Assembly (NCBI GenBank): GCA_963707915.1
Contig: OY970178.1
Location: 800,001-864,000, forward strand
DNA from: Candidatus Eiseniibacteriota bacterium
GTDB taxonomy: Bacteria > Eisenbacteria > RBG-16-71-46
DNA: 64,000 bases
Direction: 5' to 3'
Part shown: in pieces, positions 27,618 through 39,645 of the stretch
Layout of the letters: each line of letters opens with the position of its first letter
Position numbering within the stretch: position 1 is the stretch's first letter
The notes under the pieces: model-generated
The model's database searches: none
What the model was told of the DNA's origin: nothing
Seen by the model: only the letters and a program-made list of their open reading frames with translations
Program-made: the position numbers and the translations under genes

Positions 27618-28646
27618 ATGGTGTCGCGAGAGAAAGCCCTCGAAGAACTGCTCGGTCTCACGGGCAGGCCGGGGCCGAGCACGCGCGCCGAACTGCTCCA
27701 GCGCGTCCTCGAGACCACGCTCAGCCTGGTCGAGGCCGACGGTGCGACGCTGGTCGCACCCCACCAGGGCCGTCTCGAGCGCCTGGCGGCCACGCCGGAG
27801 CACTGCGACCTGCCGCCGCAGGAGGCCCCCCGGCGCGGCAGCGAGTTCACCCGCCTGCTGGTGCACGTCAGCCGGCCGCTGTGCATCCCCGACCTGGCCG
27901 CCGACTCGCGCGTCGAGGAGAGCGACGCCTGCCCCGAGGTGGATGCGGGCCCGGCCCTGATGGTGCCGATGCGGCGCCGCGAGCACGCGTCCGGCTACCT
28001 GGCGGCGTTCCGCTCGCGCGGCGCCCCGGTCTTCACCGCCGCCGACGCGCGCCAGCTCTCGCTGCTCGCCGCGTGGACCGCGATGGGGCTCGAGAACCTG
28101 CGGCTCTGCGAGAGCGTCGAGAAGCTGGCCGTCACCGACGACCTGACGCAGGTCTACAACTACCGCTTCCTCAAGATGGCGCTGAAGCGCGAGCTCAAGC
28201 GCTCGATGCGCTTCGGGCAGGAACTCGGGCTCGTCATGCTCGACGTCGACAACCTGAAGGGCTACAACGACCGCAACGGGCACCTGCGGGGGTCCTACCT
28301 GCTGCGCGAGATGGCGGCGTTGCTCGCCCGGCAGGTCCGCTCCTTCGATCTCATCGCCAAGTACGGCGGCGACGAGTTCACGCTCATCCTGCCGCAGACC
28401 GGCATCGACGGGGCGATGGTGGTCGCCGAGCGCATGCGCCGCGCGGTCGAGGAGCACGCCTTCCCGCTGGAGGACGCCGGGGTCATCACCATCAGCCTGG
28501 GGGTCGCGATCGCGCCACACGACGCGGAGGACGGCCAGACTCTCCTGCGGATGGCCGACCAGGCCCTCTACGTGGCGAAGCGGCAGGGCAGGAACCGGGT
28601 GCTGACCTACCGGAACGTGACGGACCAGGCAGGCACGCTTCGTTGA
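27618..28646 (+). CDS. GAF-GGDEF diguanylate cyclase
   Basis: GAF domain, TDDLTQVYN, DVDNLK, I-site RSFD and intact GGDEF. Confidence 0.93.
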   Translation: MVSREKALEELLGLTGRPGPSTRAELLQRVLETTLSLVEADGATLVAPHQGRLERLAATPEHCDLPPQEAPRRGSEFTRLLVHVSRPLCIPDLAADSRVEESDACPEVDAGPALMVPMRRREHASGYLAAFRSRGAPVFTAADARQLSLLAAWTAMGLENLRLCESVEKLAVTDDLTQVYNYRFLKMALKRELKRSMRFGQELGLVMLDVDNLKGYNDRNGHLRGSYLLREMAALLARQVRSFDLIAKYGGDEFTLILPQTGIDGAMVVAERMRRAVEEHAFPLEDAGVITISLGVAIAPHDAEDGQTLLRMADQALYVAKRQGRNRVLTYRNVTDQAGTLR

Positions 28647-28672
28647 CCCTCCGGAGCAGGAGTCGGTAGACT
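28643..28672 (+). promoter_or_regulatory. Putative sigma70 promoter for acyltransferase-aminotransferase genes
   Basis: TTGACC-N18-TAGACT. Confidence 0.45.
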
Positions 28673-28824
28673 GCCACCGGCCATGTCTGGATGGCACGGA
28701 TGCACCCGGGCGCGATGGGCCCGGCTCCAGGATCGAGAGGCAGGAACCCGATGGCGGACAGCGTCGGCATCGCGGCGGCGGACGGCACACCCGTTCGCCC
28801 GGCCCCGGCCGGGCAGGAGGCAAC

Positions 28825-29583
28825 ATGACCAGCGTCGTCCACCCGAGCGCCACGCTCGGCGCCGGCACCACGATGGGAGAGGGCTGCGTCATCGGTGCGA
28901 ACGTGCGGCTGGGGACCGGTTGTCGCCTCGCGCACCACGTCGTGATCCACGAGGGCACGGTGATCGGGAACGACGTGCGCATCGACGACCACGCCTCGCT
29001 CGGCAAGCTGCCGATGAGGGCCGCCAACTCCGCCACCACGACGGAGCAGGAACTGGCCCCGCTCCAGCTCGGCGACACCTGCATCGTCGGCACCGGCGTG
29101 GTGCTCTACCGCGGCGCCACGATCGACGCCCGCGTGCTGATCGCGGACCTGGCGACGGTGCGGGAGAACGTCTCGATCGGGCGCGGCACCATCGTGGGAC
29201 GCGGCGTGACGGTCGAGAACGTCTGCACCATCGGCCGCTACTGCAAGCTCGAGAGCGAGTCCTACATCACCGCCCACTCGACGCTCGAGGACCGCGTGTT
29301 CGTCGCTCCGGGCGTGCTGTGCTCGAACGACAACTTCGTCGGGCGCACCGCCGAGCGTTTCAAGCACTTCAAGGGGCTCATCGCGAAGAAGGGCGCGCGC
29401 CTCGGCGTGGGGACCGTCTACCTGCCCGGCGTGACCATCGGCGAGGACGCGATGGTGGCGGCCGGCTCGGTCGTCTCGCGCGACGTCCCGCCGCGCATGA
29501 TCGTCATGGGCCGTCCGGCCAAGCCGTTGCGGCCGGTGCCGGCCGAGCAGCTGCTCGAGAACCAGGGCTGGGTGGATTCCTAG
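28825..29583 (+). CDS. Hexapeptide-repeat (left-handed beta-helix) N-acyltransferase, WbpD-like
   Basis: Repeated [LIV]G hexapeptides, SNDN and GSVVSRDVP; adjacent to a sugar aminotransferase. Confidence 0.88.
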   Translation: MTSVVHPSATLGAGTTMGEGCVIGANVRLGTGCRLAHHVVIHEGTVIGNDVRIDDHASLGKLPMRAANSATTTEQELAPLQLGDTCIVGTGVVLYRGATIDARVLIADLATVRENVSIGRGTIVGRGVTVENVCTIGRYCKLESESYITAHSTLEDRVFVAPGVLCSNDNFVGRTAERFKHFKGLIAKKGARLGVGTVYLPGVTIGEDAMVAAGSVVSRDVPPRMIVMGRPAKPLRPVPAEQLLENQGWVDS

Positions 29584-29623
29584 TCGGACCGACGTCAGAA
29601 AGGACGATGGCATGGGAGGGGAG

Positions 29624-30742
29624 TTGTCGAAGACCGCGATGAACGTGCCGCTGCTGGACCTCACCGCGCAGTACGCGACCATCCGTGCGGACGTGGACGC
29701 CGCGGTGCGCGCGGTCATGGAGTCCGCGCGCTTCATCGGCGGCCCCGAGGTGAGCGGCCTCGAGCAGGAGGTGGCGCGCTACTCGCAGTGCGCGCACGGC
29801 GTGGGCTGCGCGTCGGGCACCGACGCGCTGCTGCTCGCTCTCTGGGCGCTCGGCGTCGGCCCGGGCGACGAGGTCATCACCTCCGCGTACACGTTCTTCG
29901 CCAGCGCCGGGGTCATCACCAACAACGGCGCCACCCCGGTGTTCGTGGACATCGACCCGCGCACCTACAACCTGGACCCGCTCAAGCTCGAGGCCGCGTT
30001 CACGCCGCGCACCAAGGCGGTGATCGCGGTGTCGCTCTACGGCCAGTGCTGCGACGTCCCCGCCATCAAGGCGGTCTGCGACCGGCACCAGGCGTTCCTC
30101 ATCGAGGATGCCGCCCAGTCCATCGGCTCGGAGTGGGAGGGGAAGCGTTCCGGCTCGATGAGCGACTTCGGCGGGTTCTCGTTCTTTCCCTCCAAGAACC
30201 TCGGCGGCGTGGGCGACGGCGGCATGGTGGTCACGCAGAGCGAGGAACTCGCCGAGCGGATCCAGCTGCTGCGCGAGCACGGCTCCAAGCCCAAGTACTT
30301 CCACTCGCTGGTCGGCACCAACTCGCGGCTCGACGCGCTGCAGGCGGCGGTCCTGCGGGTCAAGCTGCGGCACCTCGACCGCTGGAGCGAGGGCCGGGCG
30401 CGCAACGCCGCCCTCTACAACAGCCTGTTCGAGGGCTCGCGCGTGGTGCGGCCCTACCACGACCCGCGCACGCGTCACATCTACAACCAGTACGTGGTCC
30501 GCGTCCCGAAGCGGGACGAGCTGAGGGCGTTCCTGACCGAGCGGACCATCGGCAACGAGGTCTACTACCCGGTGCCGCTCCATCTCCAGAAGTGCTTCGC
30601 CTCCCTCGGCTACAAGGAGGGCGACATGCCCGGCGCGGAAGCCGCCGCGCGGGAGACCATCGCCCTGCCGATCTACCCCGAATTGACGGAGGAGCAGATC
30701 CGCTACGTGGCCGCCGCGGTCCGGGAGTTCGTGGACTCGTAG
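29624..30742 (+). CDS. DegT/DnrJ/EryC1/StrS family nucleotide-sugar aminotransferase
   Basis: Motifs SGTDAL, EDAAQSIG, SFFPSKNLG and NSRLDALQAA. Confidence 0.94.
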   Translation: MSKTAMNVPLLDLTAQYATIRADVDAAVRAVMESARFIGGPEVSGLEQEVARYSQCAHGVGCASGTDALLLALWALGVGPGDEVITSAYTFFASAGVITNNGATPVFVDIDPRTYNLDPLKLEAAFTPRTKAVIAVSLYGQCCDVPAIKAVCDRHQAFLIEDAAQSIGSEWEGKRSGSMSDFGGFSFFPSKNLGGVGDGGMVVTQSEELAERIQLLREHGSKPKYFHSLVGTNSRLDALQAAVLRVKLRHLDRWSEGRARNAALYNSLFEGSRVVRPYHDPRTRHIYNQYVVRVPKRDELRAFLTERTIGNEVYYPVPLHLQKCFASLGYKEGDMPGAEAAARETIALPIYPELTEEQIRYVAAAVREFVDS

Positions 30743-30928
30743 CGACCGATCGAGGTTCTCCGGCGCGTTCCGGCTCCCCGCCCTGAGTGGACGCGACCGG
30801 CCGAAGACCATCTGCCGCACCGGCCGAGCCCCGTGGCCGGCGCGGCGCGCCGGAACGACGGACGCGCGTCGACCGCCCCCCCAGGGCGGGCGGTGGAGCG
30901 CCCGGCGGTCCGGCCGGTCCGGTCATCC

Positions 30929-32902
30929 ATGCCTGAAGACCAGCGCGAGTCCCTGCGCGAGCTGATGCGCCGGGTGGACGAGGTCCGCGGCCTCTCGGGA
31001 CACCCCGAGGGCCGGCTCGCCATCGACCCCGGTGACGCCGGCGCCCTGCGTGGGACGCTCGCCGAGCTCGTCGAGGAGCTCGAGACCAGCCATCGCCGCC
31101 TGATCGAGACCAACGTGCAGCTGGTCTCGCTGCGCGAGGTCGCGAGCCGCATGGTGAACACCGTCGACGCGGGGGAGACCACGCGGACGGTGGCGCGCTA
31201 CCTGACCCGCGCGTTCGGCTTCGAGGAGGTCTTCCTGCTGCTGCTCGACCGCGAGAAGGAGCGCCTGGCCGGCACCTGGATGCGGGACGGGCGCGACCGC
31301 GGCGTGACCCTCGAGCTGCCGGTGCTGGGGGAGCAGGGCGCCATCCCGCGCGCGCTGTGGCTCAACCGCACGGTCGCGCTCCACTCCGCGCAACGCCATC
31401 CCGCGGCCCTGCTGCCCGAGGGGCACCCGCTGCAGGAGACGCTCGCGGACCTCGGGGCGATGGTCATCGTGCCGCTGCAGCGCAGCCGCACCCTGGGGAC
31501 GGGCGAGCCGAACCGCGAGCCGTGCGACGGGCGCTGCATCGTCGGCGACGCCGCCCTGCTCGCCCCGCCGCCCGGCGCCGAAGCCGCGACCTGGGCCGCC
31601 GACCGCGAACAGCGCCAGCGCCGCTGTCTCCACTGCGACTCGCTGCCGCTGCTCGGCGTGCTCGGCGTGGCGCGCCCCGGGCACGGGCACGCCGGGGGCC
31701 CCGCCGGGCCGTTCCAGGCGTCCGACGTCACCATGCTCGAGTCCATCGCGCTCTCCATCGCCCCGATGGTCGAGAACGCCAGCCTCACCCACGAGCTGCG
31801 CCGCAGCGAACGCTTCCGCGAGCACGTGCTGGACAGCATGGCCGGCGCGCTGGTCGCGGTGGACCTGCGCGGCGCGGTGCTCACCTTCAACCACGCGGCC
31901 GCGGAGCTGCTCGGCTTTCGCGAGGCCGACGTGCTGGGCCACCCCTTCGGCGAACTGGTGGGGGTGGACGGCGACGCCGCGCTCCAGTCCACGCTGGAGC
32001 ACGGCAACGAGGCGCTGCGCGAGGAGGTCATGCTGCGCGCGCGCGACGGCACGCCCGTGCCGGTGAGCCTCACGACCTCCCTGCTGCGCGACGAGAAGCG
32101 CGCCGTCTACGGCGCCATCGCCACCTTCGTCGACCTGACGCCGCTGAAGCGCGCCGAGGAGCGGGCCCGCCAGCTCGACCGGCTGGCCGCGCTGGGGCGC
32201 TTCACCTCGAGCGTGGCGCACGAGATCCGCAACCCGCTCACCGGGATCGCGGCGGGGGTGCAGTACCTCGCGCGGGGCATCCCGCCGGCGGACCCGCAGC
32301 GGGAGAACCTCGAGTTCATCCTGAAGGAGATCCGCCGGCTCGACCACATCGTGCAGGACCTCTTCGACATCACCCACCCGCGCGGGCTCCAGCTGCTGGC
32401 CCGGCCGGTCGACGAGGCGGTGCAGCGCGCCGTCCAGTGCCTCGCGGCGCTGTGCGACACGCGCGGCGTCACCGTGGCGGTGGAGCTGGCGCCCCGCACC
32501 CCGCCGGTCCCGCACGACTCCGACCAGATCGAACAGGTGCTCATCAACCTGCTCAAGAACGCGGTCGAGGCCTCGACGCCCGGTGGCACCGTGCGCGTGC
32601 GGGTCGAGTCGACGCCCGCGGCGACCCGCGTGCGGGGCGCCGCCCGCCCCGGCCCCGCGCCGGGCGCGCCCGGCGTCCAGGTCCACGTCGAGGACGACGG
32701 CTGCGGCATCGCGCCGGAGGCCCGGCATACCCTGTTCGAGCCGTTCTTCACCACCAAGCCCAACGGGACCGGGCTCGGACTCTACATCAGCCACGACATC
32801 GTCAAACGCCACGGCGGCCGCCTGGCGGTCAGCAGCGAGCCCGGACGGGGCACCACCTTCACGGTGGAACTGCCCCTGGAGAACCACGGAGGGAACCCAT
32901 GA
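30929..32902 (+). CDS. Cytoplasmic GAF-PAS sensor histidine kinase (NtrB-like)
   Basis: H-box AHEIRNPL, QVLINLLKNA, DDGCGI, FFTTK and GTGLGL. No TM helix seen. Confidence 0.93.
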   Translation: MPEDQRESLRELMRRVDEVRGLSGHPEGRLAIDPGDAGALRGTLAELVEELETSHRRLIETNVQLVSLREVASRMVNTVDAGETTRTVARYLTRAFGFEEVFLLLLDREKERLAGTWMRDGRDRGVTLELPVLGEQGAIPRALWLNRTVALHSAQRHPAALLPEGHPLQETLADLGAMVIVPLQRSRTLGTGEPNREPCDGRCIVGDAALLAPPPGAEAATWAADREQRQRRCLHCDSLPLLGVLGVARPGHGHAGGPAGPFQASDVTMLESIALSIAPMVENASLTHELRRSERFREHVLDSMAGALVAVDLRGAVLTFNHAAAELLGFREADVLGHPFGELVGVDGDAALQSTLEHGNEALREEVMLRARDGTPVPVSLTTSLLRDEKRAVYGAIATFVDLTPLKRAEERARQLDRLAALGRFTSSVAHEIRNPLTGIAAGVQYLARGIPPADPQRENLEFILKEIRRLDHIVQDLFDITHPRGLQLLARPVDEAVQRAVQCLAALCDTRGVTVAVELAPRTPPVPHDSDQIEQVLINLLKNAVEASTPGGTVRVRVESTPAATRVRGAARPGPAPGAPGVQVHVEDDGCGIAPEARHTLFEPFFTTKPNGTGLGLYISHDIVKRHGGRLAVSSEPGRGTTFTVELPLENHGGNP

Positions 32903-34326
32903 GCAAGGCCAACATCCTCGTGGTGGACGACCAGGAGTCGATCCGCCACTTCGTAAGCAAGGCGCTCGGCGACGAGGGCTACACGGTCCAGTCCACGGGC
33001 TGCCTGCGCGACGCCCGCCAGGTGCTCGACCACGACGTCCCCGACCTCGGCATCTTCGACGTCAAGCTGCCGGACGGGACCGGCATCGACCTGCTGCGCG
33101 AGGTCAAGCGGGCGCACCCGGAGATCCCGATCATCCTGATGACCGCCTTCGGGGAGATCGAGACGGCGGTCGAGGCGATGAGCGCCGGGGCCTACTGGTT
33201 CGTGAAGAAGCCCTTCCAGAACGAGGAGCTGCTGGCGCTCGTTGCCCGTGCGCTCGAATCGCAGAAGCTGTGGCTCGAGCTGCGGCGCCTGCGCAACACC
33301 GCCTTCACCGACGAGGACTACCTGCACTCCTCCAGCCCGCGCATGCAGGAGTGCTACGCCATCGCCGAGCAGGTGGCGCGCGGCGACACCACCAGCGTGC
33401 TGATCGAGGGGGAGAGCGGCACCGGCAAGGAGTACTTCGCCAACCTCATCCACCGGATGAGCGGCCGGCACGACAAGCCGTTCGTCGAGATCAACTGCGC
33501 CGCGATCCCGAGCGAGCTGCTCGAGAGCGAGCTGTTCGGCCACGAGAAGGGCGCCTTCACCGACGCCCGCGCCCAGAAGCAGGGCCTGCTCGAACTGGCG
33601 AACGGCGGCACGCTCTTCCTGGACGAGATCGGGGAGATGAGCGCCATGCTCCAGGTGAAGCTGCTGCGCGTCCTCGAGCGGCGCACCTTCAAGCGGGTCG
33701 GCGGGATGAAGGACATCTCGGTCAACGTGCGCATCATCTCGGCCACCAACGCCGACCTCGACCGCTCCGTGCAGGAGGGCCGGTTCCGCGAGGATCTCTA
33801 CTACCGCCTCAAGGTCGTGCCCCTCTTCGTGCCGCCGCTGCGCGAGCGCAAGGAGGACATCCTGCCGCTCTCGCGCCTGTTCATGGACCGCTACGCGCGC
33901 CAGTTCCGAAAGGCCTTCCGCGAGATCGGCCCCGCCGCCGAGCGCGTCCTGCTCGACTACCCGTGGCCCGGGAACATCCGCGAGCTCAAGAACATGTTCG
34001 AGCGCACCGTCCTGCTGGAGACCGGCGAGCGCCTCGAGCCGCACCACCTCAAGCTGGGCACGCGTCCCCCGGCGGACGCCGAGCTCAGCGTGGGGCAGAA
34101 GCTCGACGAGTTCCTCAACGGCTCGGCGCTGGCGGAGGGCATCCCCTTCGAGGACCTGATCGAGCAGGCGGAGCGCGCCTTGATTCTGCGTGCCTCGTGT
34201 GCTACGAACTGGAACCAGTCGAAGACGGCGGAGCTTCTCCAGCTGAAGCGCGACAAGCTGCGCTACCGCATGAAGCTCTACCAGATCAGCGGTCCCAAGG
34301 AAGGAGCTTTGGCTCCGGCGGAGTAG
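32899..34326 (+). CDS. Sigma54-dependent response regulator (NtrC family)
   Basis: REC domain, GESGTGKE, ESELFGHEKGAFTDA, FLDEIGE, WPGNIREL and Fis-type HTH. Confidence 0.95.
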   Translation: MSKANILVVDDQESIRHFVSKALGDEGYTVQSTGCLRDARQVLDHDVPDLGIFDVKLPDGTGIDLLREVKRAHPEIPIILMTAFGEIETAVEAMSAGAYWFVKKPFQNEELLALVARALESQKLWLELRRLRNTAFTDEDYLHSSSPRMQECYAIAEQVARGDTTSVLIEGESGTGKEYFANLIHRMSGRHDKPFVEINCAAIPSELLESELFGHEKGAFTDARAQKQGLLELANGGTLFLDEIGEMSAMLQVKLLRVLERRTFKRVGGMKDISVNVRIISATNADLDRSVQEGRFREDLYYRLKVVPLFVPPLRERKEDILPLSRLFMDRYARQFRKAFREIGPAAERVLLDYPWPGNIRELKNMFERTVLLETGERLEPHHLKLGTRPPADAELSVGQKLDEFLNGSALAEGIPFEDLIEQAERALILRASCATNWNQSKTAELLQLKRDKLRYRMKLYQISGPKEGALAPAE

Positions 34327-34374
34327 GTTTCCACGTCGCTTTCCCTGCGTTCCCAGGCCGGCCTTCTCGCCCTG

Positions 34375-34857
34375 GTGGCGGCGCTGCTCGGCGTCGGCTC
34401 GTGCGGCTACACCACGAGCCCGGCCTTGCTGCCGTCCCACCTGAAGACCGTGGCCATCCCGGTGTTCGAGAACGCCACGACCGAGTACACCCTCGAGCAG
34501 GACGTCACGAACGCGGTCGTCGAGCGCTTCGTGAAGGACAACCACCTGCGCGTCGTGGACGAACGCTCGGCCAACGCCGTCATCCGCGGCAAGCTCACCG
34601 GCTACAAGAACGCGGTCTTCGGCTTCTCCGCCGCCAGCCGCGCGCAGGAGTACCGCGTCACGCTGACCTGCTCCGTGGTGTTCAAGGACCTCGTGAAGAA
34701 CCGCGAGATCTGGAACGAGCCCGAACTGGTCAAGACGGCCAACTATTTCGTGGTGGACGTGCCGGGGGACTCGGCGCGCACGGAGCTCGATGGACGCAAG
34801 GAAGCCATCGCCAAGATCGCCGACGAGATCCTCACCCGCTCGGTCGAAGGCTGGTAG
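34375..34857 (+). CDS. lptE: LptE family lipoprotein (true start probably slightly upstream)
   Basis: Lipobox-like VGSC-GY and TVAIPVFEN; located next to holA and leuS. Confidence 0.8.
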   Translation: MAALLGVGSCGYTTSPALLPSHLKTVAIPVFENATTEYTLEQDVTNAVVERFVKDNHLRVVDERSANAVIRGKLTGYKNAVFGFSAASRAQEYRVTLTCSVVFKDLVKNREIWNEPELVKTANYFVVDVPGDSARTELDGRKEAIAKIADEILTRSVEGW

Positions 34858-35923
34858 CCCGGCGGCGGCCGGAGCGGAGCGTCCCGCCGGCGCCCGGAGC
34901 GCGGGCGCCGCGCCGAAGCGCCCCGCCGCGGCCCGCGCGAGCGCGGCACCGGCCGGGCGCCGCGCCGCCGCGGACGGGCTCGAGCTGATCGAGCGCTTCC
35001 GCCGCGGCGATTTCCCCGCCACGCTCTACATCGAAGGGCCGAGCGAGTCCCTCAAGGCGGCCCTGCTCGCCGAACTGCGCCGGGCCTGGGCCCGCACCTG
35101 CCCCGAGGCACCGCTGGCGCGCGTCTTCCGCGCGGCCGAAGCCGGCGTCGAGGAGATCCTCGCCGCCTTCCAGGGCGCTTCGCTGTTCAGCCCGCGCGAC
35201 CTCATCCTGGTGCTCGAGGTCGAGGACCTCGGCCGCAGCGAGAAGCGCGTGGCCGCGCTGGCCGCCGGGCTGGCGACCCCGAGCGGCGGGTCGTGCCTGG
35301 TGCTCCACGAGTCGGAGGCCGACACGTTCCGCAAGTCGCTCGAGCCGCTGCGCGCCGCCTGCTCGCTGCACTGGAACGCCGAGCGGCCCGGCCGGCCGGA
35401 ACTGCTGCGCTGGGGCCAGCGCCGGCTCGCCGCCGCCGACCTCGACGTCGAGCCGGGCGTGGTCGAGGTCGTGGCCGACGCCTGCGAGGGCGATCCGCTC
35501 ACGTTCTTCAACGAGCTCGAGAAGCTCGACGTGGTCGCCCCGCTCGCCGACGGCCGCCGGCGCATCACGCGCGCGACCGCCGAGGCGATGCTCAAGCCGG
35601 TGCTCGGGGCGGACCTGCCCGACTACCTCTCCGCGGTGGCCCTGGGCCGCCCCGAGCAGGCCCGCCGCGCGCTCGCCCGGCTGCTCACGGCCGGGGCCGG
35701 CGAAGGCACGGTGATGTTCGCCCTGGCGAACCTGGTGGGCGGGGCGCTGGGGGGCTGGGCGCGGCACCGGGAGCTGAGCGCGGCACTCGCCCGGCGGTGC
35801 CCGCCGCGCGAGCTGGCGCGCGCGCTGGACGCCGTCTACCGCGCGGAGGCGGCCTGGAAGGGCGGCCGCGCCGACGTGGTCGCGGTGCTCGAGCAGGCGA
35901 CCCGGACGGTCTGCGGGGGCTGA
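34790..35923 (+). CDS. holA: DNA polymerase III delta subunit (divergent); start uncertain
   Basis: Motifs LYIEGP, SLFSPR and NELEKL; lptE-holA-leuS neighbourhood. Confidence 0.75.
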   Translation: MDARKPSPRSPTRSSPARSKAGSPAAAGAERPAGARSAGAAPKRPAAARASAAPAGRRAAADGLELIERFRRGDFPATLYIEGPSESLKAALLAELRRAWARTCPEAPLARVFRAAEAGVEEILAAFQGASLFSPRDLILVLEVEDLGRSEKRVAALAAGLATPSGGSCLVLHESEADTFRKSLEPLRAACSLHWNAERPGRPELLRWGQRRLAAADLDVEPGVVEVVADACEGDPLTFFNELEKLDVVAPLADGRRRITRATAEAMLKPVLGADLPDYLSAVALGRPEQARRALARLLTAGAGEGTVMFALANLVGGALGGWARHRELSAALARRCPPRELARALDAVYRAEAAWKGGRADVVAVLEQATRTVCGG

Positions 35924-36024
35924 GGCCGGGCGGCGCGGGCCGCGCCCGGCGTGACTCCACCCGCTCCATGCCGTAGTCTCCGGCGTCCCGATGCGCGCCG
36001 CTTCCCTCAACCTCCCAAGAGCCC

Positions 36025-38505
<2,481 letters not shown>

Positions 38506-38604
38506 GCCGGGGCCCGCGCCGCCGCACGCGGGGGAGGCGCTGTCGGCCCGGCCCGGGTAGCAGAAGCCACCCGGGAACCGGCTTGGTGGGCTGGTCCAGC
38601 GTTA

Positions 38605-38632
38605 GGTTGACATAATTACACTTATGCGACAT
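38605..38632 (-). other. dif: XerC/XerD dif site (chromosome dimer resolution)
   Basis: Reverse strand reads ATGTCGCATAA-GTGTAA-TTATGTCAACC (11-6-11), close to E. coli GGTGCGCATAA-TGTATA-TTATGTTAAAT. It is intergenic and lies at the gene-strand switch. Confidence 0.85.
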
Positions 38633-38733
38633 ATGCTCGGATCCGCTCCTCCCGGCTCCTGAGCCCCCTGGGGAGTTCCTCCCGGGACCCGCCAGCCGCT
38701 CTCCCGCCTCCCGGATGGACCCATGTCCGTGCC

Positions 38734-39075
38734 CTAGGCCTTCGTTCCGCCCCGGTAGAGCCGGATCTGCACCTTCTCCAGCGTGGCGAGCCCCTCGACG
38801 ATGGCGGCGTCCACCAGCGGCATGAACGCCTCGATCCGCTCGCGCGTGTCCACGATCTCGATCACCACCGGCAGATCCTCGGAGAGCCTCAGGATCTTCG
38901 CGGTGTGCAGCCGGCTGTGGGCCCCGAAGCCCTCGATCCCGCGCAGCACCGTGGCCCCGGCCAGCCCCGCCTCGCGGGCCTTCAGCACCAGCCACTCGTA
39001 CAGCGGCTTGCCGTCGTACCGGTCGCCCTCGCCGATGAAGATGCGCAGCAGGTGGCCTTCCTCCGGGAGCTTCAT
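38734..39075 (-). CDS. DUF190 (PII-like) protein
   Basis: Motifs LRIFIGE, GLAGATVLRGIEGFG and LSEDLPVVIEIVD; typical crcB partner. Confidence 0.92.
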   Translation of the reverse strand: MKLPEEGHLLRIFIGEGDRYDGKPLYEWLVLKAREAGLAGATVLRGIEGFGAHSRLHTAKILRLSEDLPVVIEIVDTRERIEAFMPLVDAAIVEGLATLEKVQIRLYRGGTKA

Positions 39076-39076
39076 C

Positions 39077-39463
39077 TCAACCTCCCCATGCCAGGCGGGC
39101 CATCACCGCACCGGCCCAGACCGCGCCCAGACCGCCCACGACCTGCAGGCCGGCCGACAGCGTCGCGGCCCCGACCTGCCCGTCGCGCAGCAACTGGAAC
39201 GTCTCGTAGCCGAACGTCGAGAACGTGGTGAAGCCACCGAGCACGCCGGCGAACAGGAACGCCCGCGTGGTCCCCGAGAACACCCCGCGCGATTCCGCCA
39301 GGCCGGCCAGCAGGCCGATCGCCAGGCAGCCCGCGACGTTCACGGCGAGCGTCTCGAGCGGGAACGACCAGCCGCTGCGGAGCCGGCCGATGAGCCCGCC
39401 CACCGCGTAGCGTCCCATCGAGCCGAGGGCGCCCCCCAGTCCCACCAGCCACATTCTCTCCAA
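39077..39463 (-). CDS. crcB: Fluoride efflux channel Fluc/CrcB
   Basis: Motifs GGALGSMGRY, TLAVNVAG and GVLGGFTTFSTF. AGGAGG SD precedes TTG 39463. Confidence 0.95.
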   Translation of the reverse strand: MERMWLVGLGGALGSMGRYAVGGLIGRLRSGWSFPLETLAVNVAGCLAIGLLAGLAESRGVFSGTTRAFLFAGVLGGFTTFSTFGYETFQLLRDGQVGAATLSAGLQVVGGLGAVWAGAVMARLAWGG

Positions 39464-39476
39464 TGGACCTCCTGCA

Positions 39477-39552
39477 AACAAAAGACCCCTGCCTTTCGTG
39501 GCAGGAGTCATCAGCCCCGCGGGGCGGTTCGAGGCGAACCCCATCGCCTATT
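39477..39552 (-). ncRNA. Fluoride riboswitch (crcB motif) with overlapping terminator
   Basis: Minus strand reads GGCGATGGGGTTCGCC..AACCGC..GCTGATGACTCCTGC, then hairpin GACTCCTGCC/GGCAGGGGTC and TTTTTGTTT. Confidence 0.93.
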
Positions 39553-39645
39553 CTGTGGTCCTCACGGTAGCGCGCCCGCGACACGCGCGCAAACGCGCCT
39601 CCCTCCCGCGGCCTTCGCGGCCGACCTGAGGTGGTGCCTTCCCGG

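Noticed and set aside
28692..28707. Second TGGCAC as a sigma54 promoter
   Set aside because: No GC at the required N10 spacing.
33535..33575. GAFTDA instead of GAFTGA in the activator
   Set aside because: A common variant among sigma54 activators and not evidence of inactivity.
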